Shown here: positions 39,573 through 53,800 of the stretch, piece after piece
Layout of the letters: the number at the start of each line of letters is the position of its first letter
Numbering within the stretch: the first letter of the stretch is position 1
From: an uncultured Chloroflexia bacterium
GTDB lineage: Bacteria > Chloroflexota > Limnocylindria > QHBO01
Reading direction: 5' to 3'
DNA: 64,000 bases
Assembly: GCA_963699235.1 (NCBI GenBank)
Contig: OY969424.1
Span: forward strand, 1,529,103 to 1,593,102
Position numbers and translations under genes: made by a program
Notes under the pieces: generated by a model
Told to the model about the DNA's origin: nothing
Databases searched by the model: none
What the model saw: only the letters and a program-made list of their open reading frames with translations

Positions 39573-40814
39573 TCAGTTGGTGGTCGCGCTCCCCGCCCGG
39601 AGCAGCGTCGCGAACGACCAGCGCCGGCGGTCGCCCTGGGTCACCGGTGCGGCCTCCTCCAGCCCGGCCACGATGCGGGCCAGGCGGTGGATGTCGGCCG
39701 TGATCTTCTCCTTCGGGAATCGGAGCACGAGCGGCGTGCCGGAGTTGGCGGCCATGACCGCGGTCGCGCCGGCGGAGACGATGGTCGCGATGACCGGTCG
39801 TCCGAGCGCGCTCTCCATGTCACGAATGGCCACGCCGTGGTTAGCCCGGTTGGCGACGACCCGGATGTGGTCGTCGATGCCGAGCTCGTGCGCGAGGTTG
39901 AGGAACTGGGCGCTGTTTCGGAGGGGCCCAACCTCGGGCGTGACGGTGAGCAGGATCTCGTTGGCCACCGACAGCATGGCGACCGTCCGGTCGTCATAGC
40001 CGGGATGGGTGTCCACGATGACGAGGTCGTAGTGCTGGCGGGCCCATCGGACGGCAGCGATCATCAGATCGGGACCGATGCGCTCCGCGTCGCCGGGCTC
40101 GAAGCCCCAGGTCAGGACGTCCAGGCCGCTGGGCTCGTGGGCGACGATCAGCGAGCGGAATGCCTCATCGGTCCAGAACTCAGGTGAGCTGTCGGCCATG
40201 TCGGCCAGGCCCCGGCGGGCCGGGACGTCGATGACGGCGGTGACGTTGCCCACGCCGGCATCGGCGTCGAGCAAGAGCACCCGCTGGCGGGTCTGCATTC
40301 GGAGCGCGATCGAGAGGTTTACCGAGACCGTCGTCTTGCCCACGCCCCCCTTCGGGGCGAAGACCGCGACGACCAGGGCGTTGGCCGGATCGTGGCCACC
40401 GATCATGACCGGGACCGGAGCATCCTCGTCCCCGTCGGCGGTTGGCGCCGGCGTCGTCGGGACGCCGGAGCGGATGAGGAGGGCCTGGAGCCGATAGACG
40501 AGCGCGTCGGGGAGCACGGGCTTGACCACGAACTCGTCCGAGACCTGCCACACGTCGTCGAGCTCTCCGGCCTCGTCGCCGAGGAGGATGAGCGTCGAGA
40601 CCGGGCCCGCCTCGTTGAGCCGGCGATGGACGCGCCGCACGACGCTGGGCGCGAGGTCGGCATCGATGATCGCGAACGCGGGGCGGCGGCCCTCCACGAT
40701 CGTCGCTTCGAACGCCTCTTCGCTGCCGATGACCTCGAAACCAGCCTTGTTCAGGGCCTGGGCGATGTCGGCGGCATCGTCATGCGCGGCGAGCAGGACA
40801 CGGGGTCGTTCCAT
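39573..40814 (-). CDS. CpaE/Ssd-like protein: receiver-like N-terminal domain + MinD/ParA-type ATPase (canonical KGGVGKTT)
   Basis: VFAPKGGVGKTTVSVNLSIAL and LLLDAD motifs. ATG at 40814; the ORF track starts on an upstream TTG. Confidence 0.75.
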   Translation of the reverse strand: MERPRVLLAAHDDAADIAQALNKAGFEVIGSEEAFEATIVEGRRPAFAIIDADLAPSVVRRVHRRLNEAGPVSTLILLGDEAGELDDVWQVSDEFVVKPVLPDALVYRLQALLIRSGVPTTPAPTADGDEDAPVPVMIGGHDPANALVVAVFAPKGGVGKTTVSVNLSIALRMQTRQRVLLLDADAGVGNVTAVIDVPARRGLADMADSSPEFWTDEAFRSLIVAHEPSGLDVLTWGFEPGDAERIGPDLMIAAVRWARQHYDLVIVDTHPGYDDRTVAMLSVANEILLTVTPEVGPLRNSAQFLNLAHELGIDDHIRVVANRANHGVAIRDMESALGRPVIATIVSAGATAVMAANSGTPLVLRFPKEKITADIHRLARIVAGLEEAAPVTQGDRRRWSFATLLRAGSATTN

Positions 40815-40916
40815 CAAGTGCCTTTTGGTGCGGTGCGGGGCACCAGTGTCGACGGCGCGCGCTCACGCGAACAATGGGACTAAGGTACCGACGCCCCCTC
40901 GGAGGCGGAAGCCGGA

Positions 40917-41648
40917 CTAGGCGGTGCCGCCCAGCTTCATGCCGCACTTCGGGCAGTAGAAGGCGCCGGTTCCGCGGGCGTCGAACCCGCAATGACCGCA
41001 GACCTTGCCCGCGCCCGCGTCGCGCTGGATCGGGGTGTCGGCGGTGCTCACCTGGAGGCCGGAGACCAGGACCTGCTGCTGGAGGTTGCTCAGAACGCGC
41101 TGACCGATCCGCTCGGTGTCGCCCCGCTGGCCTTTGCCGCCCCAGCCGAGGACGGCGCGGACGATGAGCTCGCCGGTCAGGTCGTCGAAGTGGCTGGCGA
41201 GGCCGCCGCTGATCGCGTCATAGGTGGGGTAGCCGGTCGTATCGGTCTCGCCGTGAAGGAGGCCGACGATCAGGGTGTCGATCGTCATGTCGACCGCCTC
41301 GGTGATCTCGAGGACGTGGAGGGCGTGCCGGGTCACCGGGCTCGCCTCGCGGCGGGCCACGATCCACTGCTCGAGGTCGTCCAGGCGTTCGACCGCCGGC
41401 GCGGCCGAGGACAGTTCGAGCGGGAGCGGTGCAACGACCTCGATGCCGTCCACGGTCAGCGGCTCGACGATCCGTGGCAGCGAGGTGAGGACGTTGGGGC
41501 CCGGCGCGAGCCGGATGGCATCGCCGCTGCGGGCGAGGTAGGCCAGCGCCAGCGAGTACTGCCGGCCCCCGACCTGGGCCATCGGCGCCGGCGCCGGCGC
41601 CGGCTCGGGTTCAGGCTTGTTGCGACGGAGAAATCCCACGCGATCCTC
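40917..41648 (-). CDS. hypothetical protein with C-terminal zinc ribbon (CGHCG...CPKCG)
   Basis: GTG start with GAGGA SD, 24 nt after the valS stop. The upstream part of ORF 40917..42416 is out-of-frame read-through of valS. Confidence 0.5.
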   Translation of the reverse strand, partial: EDRVGFLRRNKPEPEPAPAPAPMAQVGGRQYSLALAYLARSGDAIRLAPGPNVLTSLPRIVEPLTVDGIEVVAPLPLELSSAAPAVERLDDLEQWIVARREASPVTRHALHVLEITEAVDMTIDTLIVGLLHGETDTTGYPTYDAISGGLASHFDDLTGELIVRAVLGWGGKGQRGDTERIGQRVLSNLQQQVLVSGLQVSTADTPIQRDAGAGKVCGHCGFDARGTGAFYCPKCGMKLGGTA

Positions 41649-41674
41649 AGGCTGCGGCGTGATCGGTCGCGATT

Positions 41675-44404
<2,730 letters not shown>

Positions 44405-44655
44405 GCCCGTTCTCCCGAGAAAACAAGATCCCGCTCGTCGAAGGACGAGCGGGCCCGTGGTACCACCTTCGTTCGATGTCGCCAGCCGCGCCGGCGTCAC
44501 CCTCTCTTCGCGCTAACGGGCGAATCCCGGACGGCTCACGTGCGACCTTCGCCCTCGACCTGCCAAGCGGGCTCTCAGCCGTGGCCCGCGTCTCTGTCGG
44601 CCGTTGGAGGGTTACTCCTCACGGTCAGTGCCGTGCGCGGAGTCTACCCCGCGCG
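44405..44655 (-). promoter_or_regulatory. T-box riboswitch leader of valS
   Basis: On the minus strand: F-box CCGTTA, AGAGA box, T-box GAAGGTGGTACCACGGG, then the terminator hairpin CCCGCTCGTCC-TTCG-ACGAGCGGG followed by ATCTTGTTTTCTC, immediately 5' of the valS start. Confidence 0.7.
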
Positions 44656-44660
44656 TCAGG

Positions 44661-45779
44661 TCAGCGGCGCTTGCCCGCGCTGAGGTGGACGACCCCGTCC
44701 GCGCTCCGCTCGACGGTCGCACCGGTCAGCGACGCGGTGGCTACCTCGCCGAGATCGATGTCGGCGCGGTGGGTGACGGTGTAGACGAACTCGCCGCCCG
44801 AGCCCAGGCTCAGCCGGACGGCGGTGACGCCGTCTGCCTTCTCGAGGGCCGACTTGAACGAGGTCACCGCGCCGAAGCTTCCCAGCCCGACGGCGGCGAT
44901 GGTGGTCGTGGTGTCCACCGTGGCGTCGGCGACGATCGGCGGCGCATCGGCAGTGGCCGGCGCGGGCGCAGGCTCGGCGGCCGCATCGGTCGCTTCCGCG
45001 GCGGCAGACGCGTCGGGGTCGGCGTGGGTGCCGTTCGTCGGCCGTGCCTCGCCCTCGGCCAGGTCGGTGTCGCCGTTGCGGTCGATGCCCAGGTTCCGGA
45101 GCCGCTCCTCGTGCCCGCCGGCCGGGGCTTCGCCGGACTCGTCCGTCACATCGGTGCCTCCGGCAACCGCCGAGAGGTCGGCCTCCGGCAGGCGAGGCAT
45201 GCGGCGCGCGGCCGAGATAAAGGTGTCGGGATCGGTGATCTCACCAAGTTGCGAGAAGAACAGCGCCAGCTCGCCCTCGTACTGCTCGACCTGGGCCTCC
45301 AGGGCGGCGATCTCCGTGGACGATCGGCGGTCATGCTCGTCGAGCTGCTCGGCCAGCTGGGACTGGCGCTGCTCGACCTTGCGCTGGGTCTCGGCCTCGA
45401 TGCGGACGATCTCGGCCCGTGACCACTCGCCGATACCGGCCACGTCCTGCTCGGCTCGGGTCCGCAGCTCATCGGAGCGGGCCGTGGCCGAGGCGCGCAT
45501 GGCGGCGATCTTGGCCGCAATGGCGGCACGGGCGTCCGCCAGGCTCGACTCGCGGGCGTCATCGGCGACGCGCCGCATGGCGGCGGTCAGGGAGCTGAGG
45601 AACTGGTCGCTCGGCTCCACGGGCGGCTCGGCACCGGGCGTCGGATCGACCGTCGCCTCGACCGTGGTGGTGTCGGCAGGATCAGGCATGTCCGTTTCCG
45701 TTCGCTGCTCTTCCTCCGACGGCTCGTCCTCGGCGCTCCACTTTCCGAAAAACCCGGGGCGTCGCTGGGTTGCCGTCAT
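44661..45779 (-). CDS. hypothetical coiled-coil protein with acidic N-terminus and conserved C-terminal domain
   Basis: 372 aa. Long coiled-coil segment (ARAAIAAKIAAMRAS...LEAQVEQYEGEL). No family recognised. Confidence 0.5.
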   Translation of the reverse strand: MTATQRRPGFFGKWSAEDEPSEEEQRTETDMPDPADTTTVEATVDPTPGAEPPVEPSDQFLSSLTAAMRRVADDARESSLADARAAIAAKIAAMRASATARSDELRTRAEQDVAGIGEWSRAEIVRIEAETQRKVEQRQSQLAEQLDEHDRRSSTEIAALEAQVEQYEGELALFFSQLGEITDPDTFISAARRMPRLPEADLSAVAGGTDVTDESGEAPAGGHEERLRNLGIDRNGDTDLAEGEARPTNGTHADPDASAAAEATDAAAEPAPAPATADAPPIVADATVDTTTTIAAVGLGSFGAVTSFKSALEKADGVTAVRLSLGSGGEFVYTVTHRADIDLGEVATASLTGATVERSADGVVHLSAGKRR

Positions 45780-45837
45780 GACCCGTCTCCGTTTGGCCGG
45801 CTGATCAAGAACCGTGCGGCCATCCTAGAGCCCGTAC

Positions 45838-45869
45838 TGCACCAAACCAGACTGCCCGGTGGTACCGGG
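45838..45869 (-). terminator. probable clpX terminator: CCCGGTACCACCGGG hairpin followed by CAGTCTGGTTTGGTG
   Basis: Read on the minus strand downstream of the clpX stop. An adjacent second palindrome GGTGGTACCACC lies at 45879..45892. Confidence 0.4.
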
Positions 45870-45904
45870 ACGGGCGAACGGTGGTACCACCGCTCCGGAA
45901 TCGG

Positions 45905-47218
45905 TCAGGCCGATTCCTCGCGCGTGGCGTCGGGGCGCCCGGCTCCATCGCGGGCCCGGCTGGTTCGACGGCGTGGCGTGGTGTCATCGGTCTCGGTGAC
46001 CAGCATCGGCGGTCGGCCGTGCTCGATGGTGTCGGCGGTGATGACGACCTTGGTCACATCGGTCCGCTCGGGGATGTCGTACATCACCTCGAGCAGCGCC
46101 TCCTCGACGATGGTCCGCAGGGCCCGGGCCCCGGTCTTGCGCTCGGTGGCCATCCGGGCGGTGGCCTCCAGCGCGTCATCGGTGAAGACCAGCTCCACCC
46201 GGTCCAGGGACAGGAACTTCGCGAACTGGCGGACGACCGCGTTCTTCGGCTCGGTGAGGACCTTCACCAGGTCATCGCGGGAGAGGGCCGCGAGGCTGAC
46301 GACGACCGGCATCCGACCCACGAACTCGGGGATGAGCCCGTAGCGCAGGAGGTCGTCCGGCATGAGCTGCTCCAGCAGCCGGCGCCGCTCGTCGGGATCT
46401 CGCTGAGCCTCGGAGCCGAAGCCGATGCCCCGCCGGCCCACCCGCTCCTCCACGATCCGCTCGAGGCCCTCGAAAGCGCCGCCGCAGATGAACAGGATGT
46501 TGGTGGTGTCGATCTGGATGAAGTCCTGATGCGGATGCTTACGGCCGCCCTGGGGCGGGACGTTTGCGACCGTGCCCTCGAGGATCTTGAGGAGGGCCTG
46601 CTGGACGCCTTCCCCGGACACGTCGCGGGTGATGGACGGGTTGTCGGTCTTGCGCGCGATCTTGTCGATCTCGTCCACGTAGACGATGCCGCGCTGGGCA
46701 CGCTGGACGTCGAAGTCCGCGGCCTGGATCAGTCGCAGGAGGATGTTTTCGACGTCCTCCCCAACGTAGCCCGCCTCGGTCAGGCTGGTCGCGTCGGCGA
46801 TGCAGAACGGGACGTCGAGGACGCGTGCCAGGGTCTGGGCCAGGAGCGTCTTGCCCGAGCCGGTAGGCCCGACCAGCAGGACGTTGCTCTTGCCCAGCTC
46901 GACCTCGTCAACCGCCGACCCGGCGTTGACCCGCTTGTAGTGGTTGTAGACCGCGACCGACAGGACCTTCTTGGCCGCGTCCTGGCTGATGACGTACTGG
47001 TCCAGCGCTTCCTTGATCTTGCGCGGGCTGGGCAGCGGGGGCGGCGGGGTCCGGCTGGCGCGCGGCGCCTCGGCCATCTCCTCGTCGATGATCTCCTGGC
47101 ACAGGTTGATGCACTCGTCACAGATGTACACGCCCTGGCCGGCGATCAGCTTGCGGACCTGCTCCTGGCTCTTCCCGCAGAACGAGCAGCGGTAGGGTGC
47201 CTTGGTCTTGGTCGTCAT
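45905..47218 (-). CDS. clpX: ATP-dependent Clp protease ATP-binding subunit ClpX
   Basis: N-terminal C4 zinc finger (CSFCGK...CDEC), GPTGSGKT Walker [11 protein letters not shown]. Start at the internal ATG ([16 protein letters not shown]). Confidence 0.95.
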   Translation of the reverse strand: MTTKTKAPYRCSFCGKSQEQVRKLIAGQGVYICDECINLCQEIIDEEMAEAPRASRTPPPPLPSPRKIKEALDQYVISQDAAKKVLSVAVYNHYKRVNAGSAVDEVELGKSNVLLVGPTGSGKTLLAQTLARVLDVPFCIADATSLTEAGYVGEDVENILLRLIQAADFDVQRAQRGIVYVDEIDKIARKTDNPSITRDVSGEGVQQALLKILEGTVANVPPQGGRKHPHQDFIQIDTTNILFICGGAFEGLERIVEERVGRRGIGFGSEAQRDPDERRRLLEQLMPDDLLRYGLIPEFVGRMPVVVSLAALSRDDLVKVLTEPKNAVVRQFAKFLSLDRVELVFTDDALEATARMATERKTGARALRTIVEEALLEVMYDIPERTDVTKVVITADTIEHGRPPMLVTETDDTTPRRRTSRARDGAGRPDATREESA

Positions 47219-47329
47219 CGCCGGCCGAGGATAGCACGGGCCCGCACGGATCCCGCCATGAACCGATGGTCCGGACTGAGGAGTCGGAAGGCCCGAATCG
47301 CCAGCGCCGGGCTCGGTTAGATTGCGACC

Positions 47330-48421
47330 ATGAGCCGCCGACAAGCCGGCATCCCATCGGTCCTCCTGGCGACGACACTCCTGCTCGCCGGATGCGCGAG
47401 CGAGGATCGCGGTGCCAGCCCGAGCGCCGCGTCGGTCTCCGTTCCGCCCTCAGCCGCGCCCGTCTCGATCCCGCCGTCAGCCGGACCGGTCTCGATCCTG
47501 GTGGACACCGATGTCGCCCCCGATGACCTCGTGGCGATTTCGTTCCTCGTCGCCGCACCCGACGTGGACCTCGTGGCGATCACGGTCTCGGGCACCGGAG
47601 AGGCGCACTGCGACGGAGGCGTGTCGACGGTCCTTGGGCTTCTCGAGCGGCTCGAGGCGCCCGAGATCCCCGTCGCCTGCGGCCGGGAATCGCCGCTGGC
47701 CGGCGATCGGGCGTTTCCCGAGGCCTGGCGCGAAGGCGCGGATGCCGGCTCCGGTCTGGACCTTCCGGCGACGGATCGCCAGCCCTACGACGGAGACGCG
47801 ACCGCGCTGCTTTCGGCCTCATTGGCCGATAGCCCCGAGCTCACCGTCCTGGCGCTCGGCCCCCTGACCAACCTGGCCGACGCGCTCCAGGAGGAGGCAT
47901 CTGTGGCGGATGGGATCGGCGACCTGGTGGTGATGGGTGGCGCCCTCCACGTGCCGGGCAACGCACCGGCGGACGAAAACGGCGCACAAGTCCCCGATGC
48001 GGTGGCGGAGTGGAATGTCTATGTCGACCCCACGGCGCTGCAGCTCGTCATCGAGGCCGGTCTGAGGCCACGACTTGTCAGCCTGGACGGCACGAACCAG
48101 GTACCGGTGACCGCCGAGTTCGCCCAGCGGGTGCAGGACCAGGCCACCCAGCCGCCGGCAGTCGTGCTGGCTGACCTGTTCGTGTCTCGCCCGTTCATGG
48201 CGAGCGGCGACTACTACCTGTGGGATCCACTGGCCGCCGAGCTGGCCGCCGGCTACCCGGTCGGCAGCTTCTCCGATGCGACGGTCGAAACGGAGGTGGT
48301 CGAAGGTCCCGACTGGGGCTATACCCGCCCAACCGATGGCGATCCGAACGTGGAGTATCTCAGCGAGGCGGACCAGGAAGTAGCGGAAAACGTCCTTCTG
48401 ACGATCTTGAACGCGCCCTAG
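47330..48421 (+). CDS. nucleoside hydrolase (IU-NH family) lipoprotein
   Basis: Signal peptide plus lipobox [19 protein letters not shown] (DxDxxxDD) motif, [12 protein letters not shown]. Confidence 0.8.
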   Translation: MSRRQAGIPSVLLATTLLLAGCASEDRGASPSAASVSVPPSAAPVSIPPSAGPVSILVDTDVAPDDLVAISFLVAAPDVDLVAITVSGTGEAHCDGGVSTVLGLLERLEAPEIPVACGRESPLAGDRAFPEAWREGADAGSGLDLPATDRQPYDGDATALLSASLADSPELTVLALGPLTNLADALQEEASVADGIGDLVVMGGALHVPGNAPADENGAQVPDAVAEWNVYVDPTALQLVIEAGLRPRLVSLDGTNQVPVTAEFAQRVQDQATQPPAVVLADLFVSRPFMASGDYYLWDPLAAELAAGYPVGSFSDATVETEVVEGPDWGYTRPTDGDPNVEYLSEADQEVAENVLLTILNAP

Positions 48422-48441
48422 GACCGGGGTCGAGCGAGCGG

Positions 48442-49119
48442 CTACTTCTTGGCGCGGGCGTCGGCAGCCGTGGCTTCCTTGGCGGTGGGAACGGTTCCCC
48501 CGGCGGCCTGCTTCATGCTGATCAGCGACTCCCCGGTCCCCTCGAACACGGCATCGATGATGCCGTAGATCTTCGCCTCCTCCGAGCTCATGAAGTAGTC
48601 GCGCTCGGCGTCCTTCTTCACCTTTTCGTAGTCCTGGCCGGTGTGCTCGCCCAGGATCTTCATCAGCCGATCGGTCAGGGTCAGCATCTCCTTGACCTGG
48701 ATCTCGACGTCGGGGGTGTTGCCCCGGAAGCCGCCCGATCCCTGGTGGAGCATGATCCGGGAGTTCGGCAGGGCGAAGCGCTTGCCCTTGGCGCCCGCCG
48801 CCAGCAGGACCGCTCCCATGCTCGCCGCCTGGCCGATGCAGATGGTGCTGACCGGGGCCTTGAGGTACTGCATCGTGTCGTAGATGGCCAGGCCGCTGGT
48901 CACGATCCCGCCCGGCGAGTTGATGTACAGCATGATGTCCTTCTCCTGGTCCTCGCTCTCGAGGAACAGGAGCTGGGCGATGATCAGGTTCGCGACGTGG
49001 TCCTCGATGGGCTCGCCCAGGAACACGATCCGCTCCTTGAGCAGCCGCGAATAGATGTCGAAAGCCCGCTCGCCGCGGGCGCTGCTCTCGATGACCATGG
49101 GGACGAGCATCTGGTTCAC
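48442..49119 (-). CDS. clpP: ATP-dependent Clp protease proteolytic subunit ClpP (with short Lys/Ala-rich C-terminal tail)
   Basis: Catalytic [12 protein letters not shown], and D of the triad. GTG start overlaps the tig stop (GTGA); an alternative ATG lies 3 codons downstream. Confidence 0.95.
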   Translation of the reverse strand: MNQMLVPMVIESSARGERAFDIYSRLLKERIVFLGEPIEDHVANLIIAQLLFLESEDQEKDIMLYINSPGGIVTSGLAIYDTMQYLKAPVSTICIGQAASMGAVLLAAGAKGKRFALPNSRIMLHQGSGGFRGNTPDVEIQVKEMLTLTDRLMKILGEHTGQDYEKVKKDAERDYFMSSEEAKIYGIIDAVFEGTGESLISMKQAAGGTVPTAKEATAADARAKK

Positions 49120-50507
49120 TCCGCGCTGGCTTCCGGTTCGCCCTCGATCGCGGCCGATTCGTCGGCCGCGGGCTCGGGTTCTGGCTCTGGTTGGGGAGAC
49201 GGATCGGAGGTCGCGCCAGGCGCGGCGCGGTCGATGAGGCTGTCCACGAGTGTACGGTTCCGCAGCGTCATCCGCAGGTAGGACCGACCGCGACGTGAGC
49301 CAAGGTACTCCCGCAGCCGCGGCTCGTCGGGATAGAGGATCAGCTGGCGCTCGACCTCAGCATCGATCTCCGCGTCCGAGGCATCGACGCCCTCTTGCTC
49401 GGCGATGGCCGACAGGACGAGGAGCGTCTTGACCCGGCGGCTCGCCGGCTCACGGAGCTCCCCCATCAGCTCCTCGGGGGTTTGACTCGAGAGCTGCAGG
49501 TACTGGTCCAGGCCGATCCGCTGCTCCGCGAGGCGGGCCCGCAGCTCGTCGCGCATGATTTCGACCTCGTTCGCGATCATGACCTCGGGCAGCTCCACCG
49601 TGGCGTTCGAGGTGGCGAAGTCGATGATCCGATCCCCGAACTGGTGCTTCGCCTCCACCTCGGCCCGGCGCTCGAGGGCCTCCCGGACCTCCGTATTGAG
49701 CTCCTCTACGGTCTGGCCGTCGCTGACCGATGCGGCGAACGCGTCGTCCAGCTCGGGCAGGATCCGCTCGCGGAGATCCACCAGGGTCACGCTGAAATGC
49801 GCCGTCTTGCCGGCGAGGTCCTCGACCCGGTAGTCGTCCGGGAAGGGCAGGTCGAACTCGGCCGTTTCGTCCGCTCCCAGGCCGACGACGTGGTCCTCCC
49901 AGCCGGGGATCATTCGGTCCTCGCCCAGGACCAGCGGCAGCCGATCCGCCGTGCCGCCGTCGAATGGCTCACCGTCGATCGTCCCCTGGAACGACACCGC
50001 CACCAGGTCGCCCTTCCGGGCGGGCCGCCCGTCGACCGGCCGGAGCGTCGCCTGCTGGCCGAGGAGCTCGTCGATGACCGTTGTCACGTCCTCGTCGGTG
50101 ACCGGCGGGACCTCGAGGGCGAAGGGGTAGTCGGTGTAGGCGCCAAGCTCGACTGTCGGACGAACGGCCACGACCGCCGCGAACTGAACAGCCTCACCCT
50201 CCCGGACGGTGGCGGTGTCGATCTCGACCTCCGGCTGGTCGATCGGGATGAGATCGGTCTGGTCGATCGCCGCGTCATAGCCCTCGGCCACGATGTGCTC
50301 GACGGCCTCGGCCAGGACCTCGGCCCGTCCGACGTAGCGCTCGATCACGTTCCGCGGCGCCTTCCCAGGGCGGAATCCGGGGACCCGGGTGCGGGCGGCC
50401 AGGTGCCGGTACGCCGTCGCGAAGTGGCGATCGACCTCGTCCGCGGGCACCTCGATCTCGAGCCGCATCCGGGAGCCAGGCTCGGGGCGGGTGGCGACCG
50501 TGGTCAT
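49116..50507 (-). CDS. tig: trigger factor
   Basis: N-terminal ribosome-binding GFRPGKAP motif, PPIase and C-terminal domains. Confidence 0.9.
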   Translation of the reverse strand: MTTVATRPEPGSRMRLEIEVPADEVDRHFATAYRHLAARTRVPGFRPGKAPRNVIERYVGRAEVLAEAVEHIVAEGYDAAIDQTDLIPIDQPEVEIDTATVREGEAVQFAAVVAVRPTVELGAYTDYPFALEVPPVTDEDVTTVIDELLGQQATLRPVDGRPARKGDLVAVSFQGTIDGEPFDGGTADRLPLVLGEDRMIPGWEDHVVGLGADETAEFDLPFPDDYRVEDLAGKTAHFSVTLVDLRERILPELDDAFAASVSDGQTVEELNTEVREALERRAEVEAKHQFGDRIIDFATSNATVELPEVMIANEVEIMRDELRARLAEQRIGLDQYLQLSSQTPEELMGELREPASRRVKTLLVLSAIAEQEGVDASDAEIDAEVERQLILYPDEPRLREYLGSRRGRSYLRMTLRNRTLVDSLIDRAAPGATSDPSPQPEPEPEPAADESAAIEGEPEASAE

Positions 50508-50547
50508 GGAATGAGCGTCATGGACGACGGACCGCTCCGATCGTGGA

Positions 50548-50631
50548 TGGTGGGCGAGGCGAGATTCGAACTCGCACGTCTTGCGACACCAGCTCCTAAA
50601 GCTGGCGCGTCTGCCGTTCCGCCACTCGCCC
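50548..50631 (-). tRNA. tRNA-Leu (anticodon UAG), type II with long variable arm
   Basis: Reverse complement folds as GGGCGAG acceptor stem, anticodon stem-loop CCAGC-TTTAGGA-GCTGG, long variable arm, GCGAG-TTCGAAT-CTCGC T-arm, CTCGCCC-A-CCA. Confidence 0.85.
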
Positions 50632-50885
50632 TCGGTCGGGTTCTCGGCGGCCCGCGGAGTCTAGCAAACCAGCTCGCCCGCCCCGGCCGTGGGCAGATGC
50701 GGAGGGATGCCGTGGACGGAGGGATGCCTGGACGATGGGGGCCGGGCGGCGGTGCGTCAACGCACCAGTTTCGGCGTCGCACCTCCCGCGTGCGAACCCT
50801 TTGGGCGTAGGGTACCGATACAGTACTTTGGGGTATCAGTCGGGACGGCATGGGCACCCGGTCCGGCGCCTGACCACGAAGGTAC

Positions 50886-53800
50886 ATGCGGAATCATCTT
50901 CGGCGCCTCGCGCTCGTCGTCATCCTCATCCAGTCGGCCCAGCTCCTGCCGTTCGCAGCCGAGCCGGCGGCGGCTGCGGTCCACCTCCCGGGCTTCCAGC
51001 TGGAGACGGTGTGGAGCGGCCTGGAAAGCCCCACAGCCATCGCCTTCGCCCAGAACGGACGGGTCTTCGTCGCCGAGCGGTCAGGCCTCATCAAGACGTT
51101 CGACACCATCACCGATCAGACCGCCGAGGTCGCTGCCGACCTCCGGGCCAAGGTCCACGACTTCGACGATCGCGGCCTCCTCGGGCTGGCGGTGGACCCG
51201 TCGTTCCCGGGCAACCCGTACATCTATGTCGCCTACGTCCTCGATGCCCCACCCGGTGGGACGGCGCCGTTCTACCACGACGCCTGCCCCCTCTCGCCGA
51301 ACACCCACGCCAAGGACGGCTGTCCGGCTCCCGGGCGCATCTCGCGGCTGACGATCAACCCCAGCAACGGTCACATGACCGGCACCGAGCTCGTCCTCCT
51401 GGGCGACGGCTTCTACTGCTACCAGCAGCAGGCCCTCGCCCTCGACCACATTGAGTTCGGTCCCGACGGCGCGTTGTATGCCAGCTCGGGCGAGGGAGCG
51501 ACCGCCAGCTTCACCGACTGGGGCCAGCACAGCGGCGATCCGGAGGGCGTCGAGCCCAATGCGTGCGGCGATCCGCCGGTCCCGGCTGGATCGCAGCTGT
51601 CCTTGCCGACCACCGAAGGCGGCGCTCTCCGCTCCCAGGACATCCGGACCTCGTCCGATCCGGGCGGCGGCGGCGGGTCGATCATCCGCATCAATCCCGC
51701 GACCGGGGCCGCCCTGCCGGACAACCCGCTCATCGGCGACACCACCGGTGACGACCGCCACGTGGCCTACGGCCTGCGCAACCCGTTCCGCTTCACGTTC
51801 CGACCGGGCACCAGCGAAATCTGGGTCGGGGACGTGGGATTGCACACCTGGGAGGAACTCAACGTCGTCCCCAACCCGACGCAACAGGTTCGGAACTTCG
51901 GCTGGCCGTGCTACGAGGGGAGCCCGAAGCAGCCGCAGTGGGACAACCTGAATGTCAACCTCTGCGAGTCGCTGTACCAAGCGGGGCCGACCGCGGTGAG
52001 TAACCCGTACTGGAGCTATCGGCACGACCAATCCCCCGATCCAACTCGCTGCGGCCATGCGGGCTCCTCGATCTCGGCGGTGGCATTCGCGTCATCGCCG
52101 CCCTATCCGGCGGCCTATGGCGGGGCGCTGTTCGTGGGGGATTACAGCAAGCAATGCCTGTGGATCCTGCCCAAGGGTGCCAACGGCCAGCCCAATCCGG
52201 CCGGCCTGCAGACCCTGGCCAGCGGCGTCTTCCCGGTGGACCTGGAGGATGGTCCGGGCGGCACGCTGTACTACGTCGACTTCGGGTTGGGCGAGGTCAA
52301 CCGGATCAACTACTTCAGTGGCAACGAGCCACCGGTCGCGCACGCCACCGCGACCCCCCAGTTCGGCGCGGTCCCCCTGAACGTCCAGTTCGACGGGTCA
52401 TCCAGCACCGACGCGGACGGCCCGTTGCCGCTCCAGTACGCCTGGGACCTGGACGCGGATGGCGCCTTTGACGACTCGACGCTGGTCAACCCCACCAGGC
52501 AATACGCCGTGTCGCAGAACGTCAATGTCGGCCTCCGGGTGAGTGATGGGATGGGAGCCATGGGATTCACCACCATCCAGGTCCAGCCCGGCAACACCCC
52601 ACCCCAGGTCGTGATCGAGAACCCGACCTCGGGGTCCGCGTGGTCGGCGGGGGACCTCCTCGCGTTCTCCGGAACCGCGACCGATGACCAGGACGGCTCG
52701 CTCAGCCTGGCGATGGAATGGTCGGTCATCCTCCAGCACTGCCCGGTCGCGACCGACTGTCATGCCCATCCCCAGATCGAACGCGTCGGCCCAACCGGCT
52801 CGTTCGACGCCCCCGAGCACGAGTACCCGGCCTATCTCGAGTTCGTGGCCAGCGCGACCGACTCGCGAGGGGCGACCACCGATACCACGTTGGCCCTCCA
52901 GCCGGTGACCGGTGACCTCACCTTCCTCACCAACCCCCTCGGTCTCCAGCTGCTGGCCGGGGCGCACGAGGGTTCCACCCCGTTCACGATCACCGCGATC
53001 AGCGGGTCACGGGTGTCGGTCACCGCGCCCTCGCCCCAGACAGGCAGTTCCGGGGTGTACGCCTTCGGCTCGTGGTCGGACGGCGGAGCCGCGAGCCACG
53101 AGGTCCTGACCGTGCCCGGCACGTCTACCTTCACCGCGAACTACCAACCGGTCGTCGGCTGGGCCGTGGTCGGGACCGGGGCCCAGGCCACCCAGTCCGG
53201 CTCGACCGGGACGACGGTGGCGGTCCCCTACCCGACCGGCATCCAGGCCGGTGACCTGCTCCTGCTCGGCTGCCAGGGACGGCAGAACAACCAGGATTGG
53301 TCGGCGCCGGGCTTCGGCAGCCTGGCCCGCACGACGGTCGTCTCCGGCCTGCGCCACGAGGTCCTGTCGGCCTGGGCCTCGGGCCCGCTGAGTGGCAGCC
53401 TGACGGTGACGAACACGACCGGACTGAACGGGTGGTCGTGCCAGCTGACCGCGCTCCGAGGTGGGGTCGGCAGCGGGTCGCCGCTCGATGCGGCCGCGGC
53501 CAGCGGCAACGGCACGGGCAGCACGATGACCAGCCCCTCGGTGACCGCGGTGACCCCCGGCGCGCTCGCCACCCGCTGGTATGCGTCTCTCGACGACAAC
53601 AGCCACGGCCTGCCCTCGACCGGCAGCCTCGCGTTCGGCGGCCTCGCCTACGACACCGATGTCGGGCTCGACCACGGCGCCTCGATGGCGTCGGTGGTCC
53701 AGTCCGCGGCCGGCCCGAGCGGGACCGCGTCAATGGCCCAGCAGGCGAACGGTCCCGATGCCTGGAGCGCGATCACGCTCGTGCTGAAACCAGGTGGCGC

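Noticed and set aside
45838-45892. Second T-box riboswitch suggested by the GGTGGTACCACC core
   Set aside because: Only about 25 nt separate the clpX stop from this element, too short for a Stem I/specifier leader. The downstream gene is not an aminoacyl-tRNA or amino-acid gene. More likely the clpX terminator.
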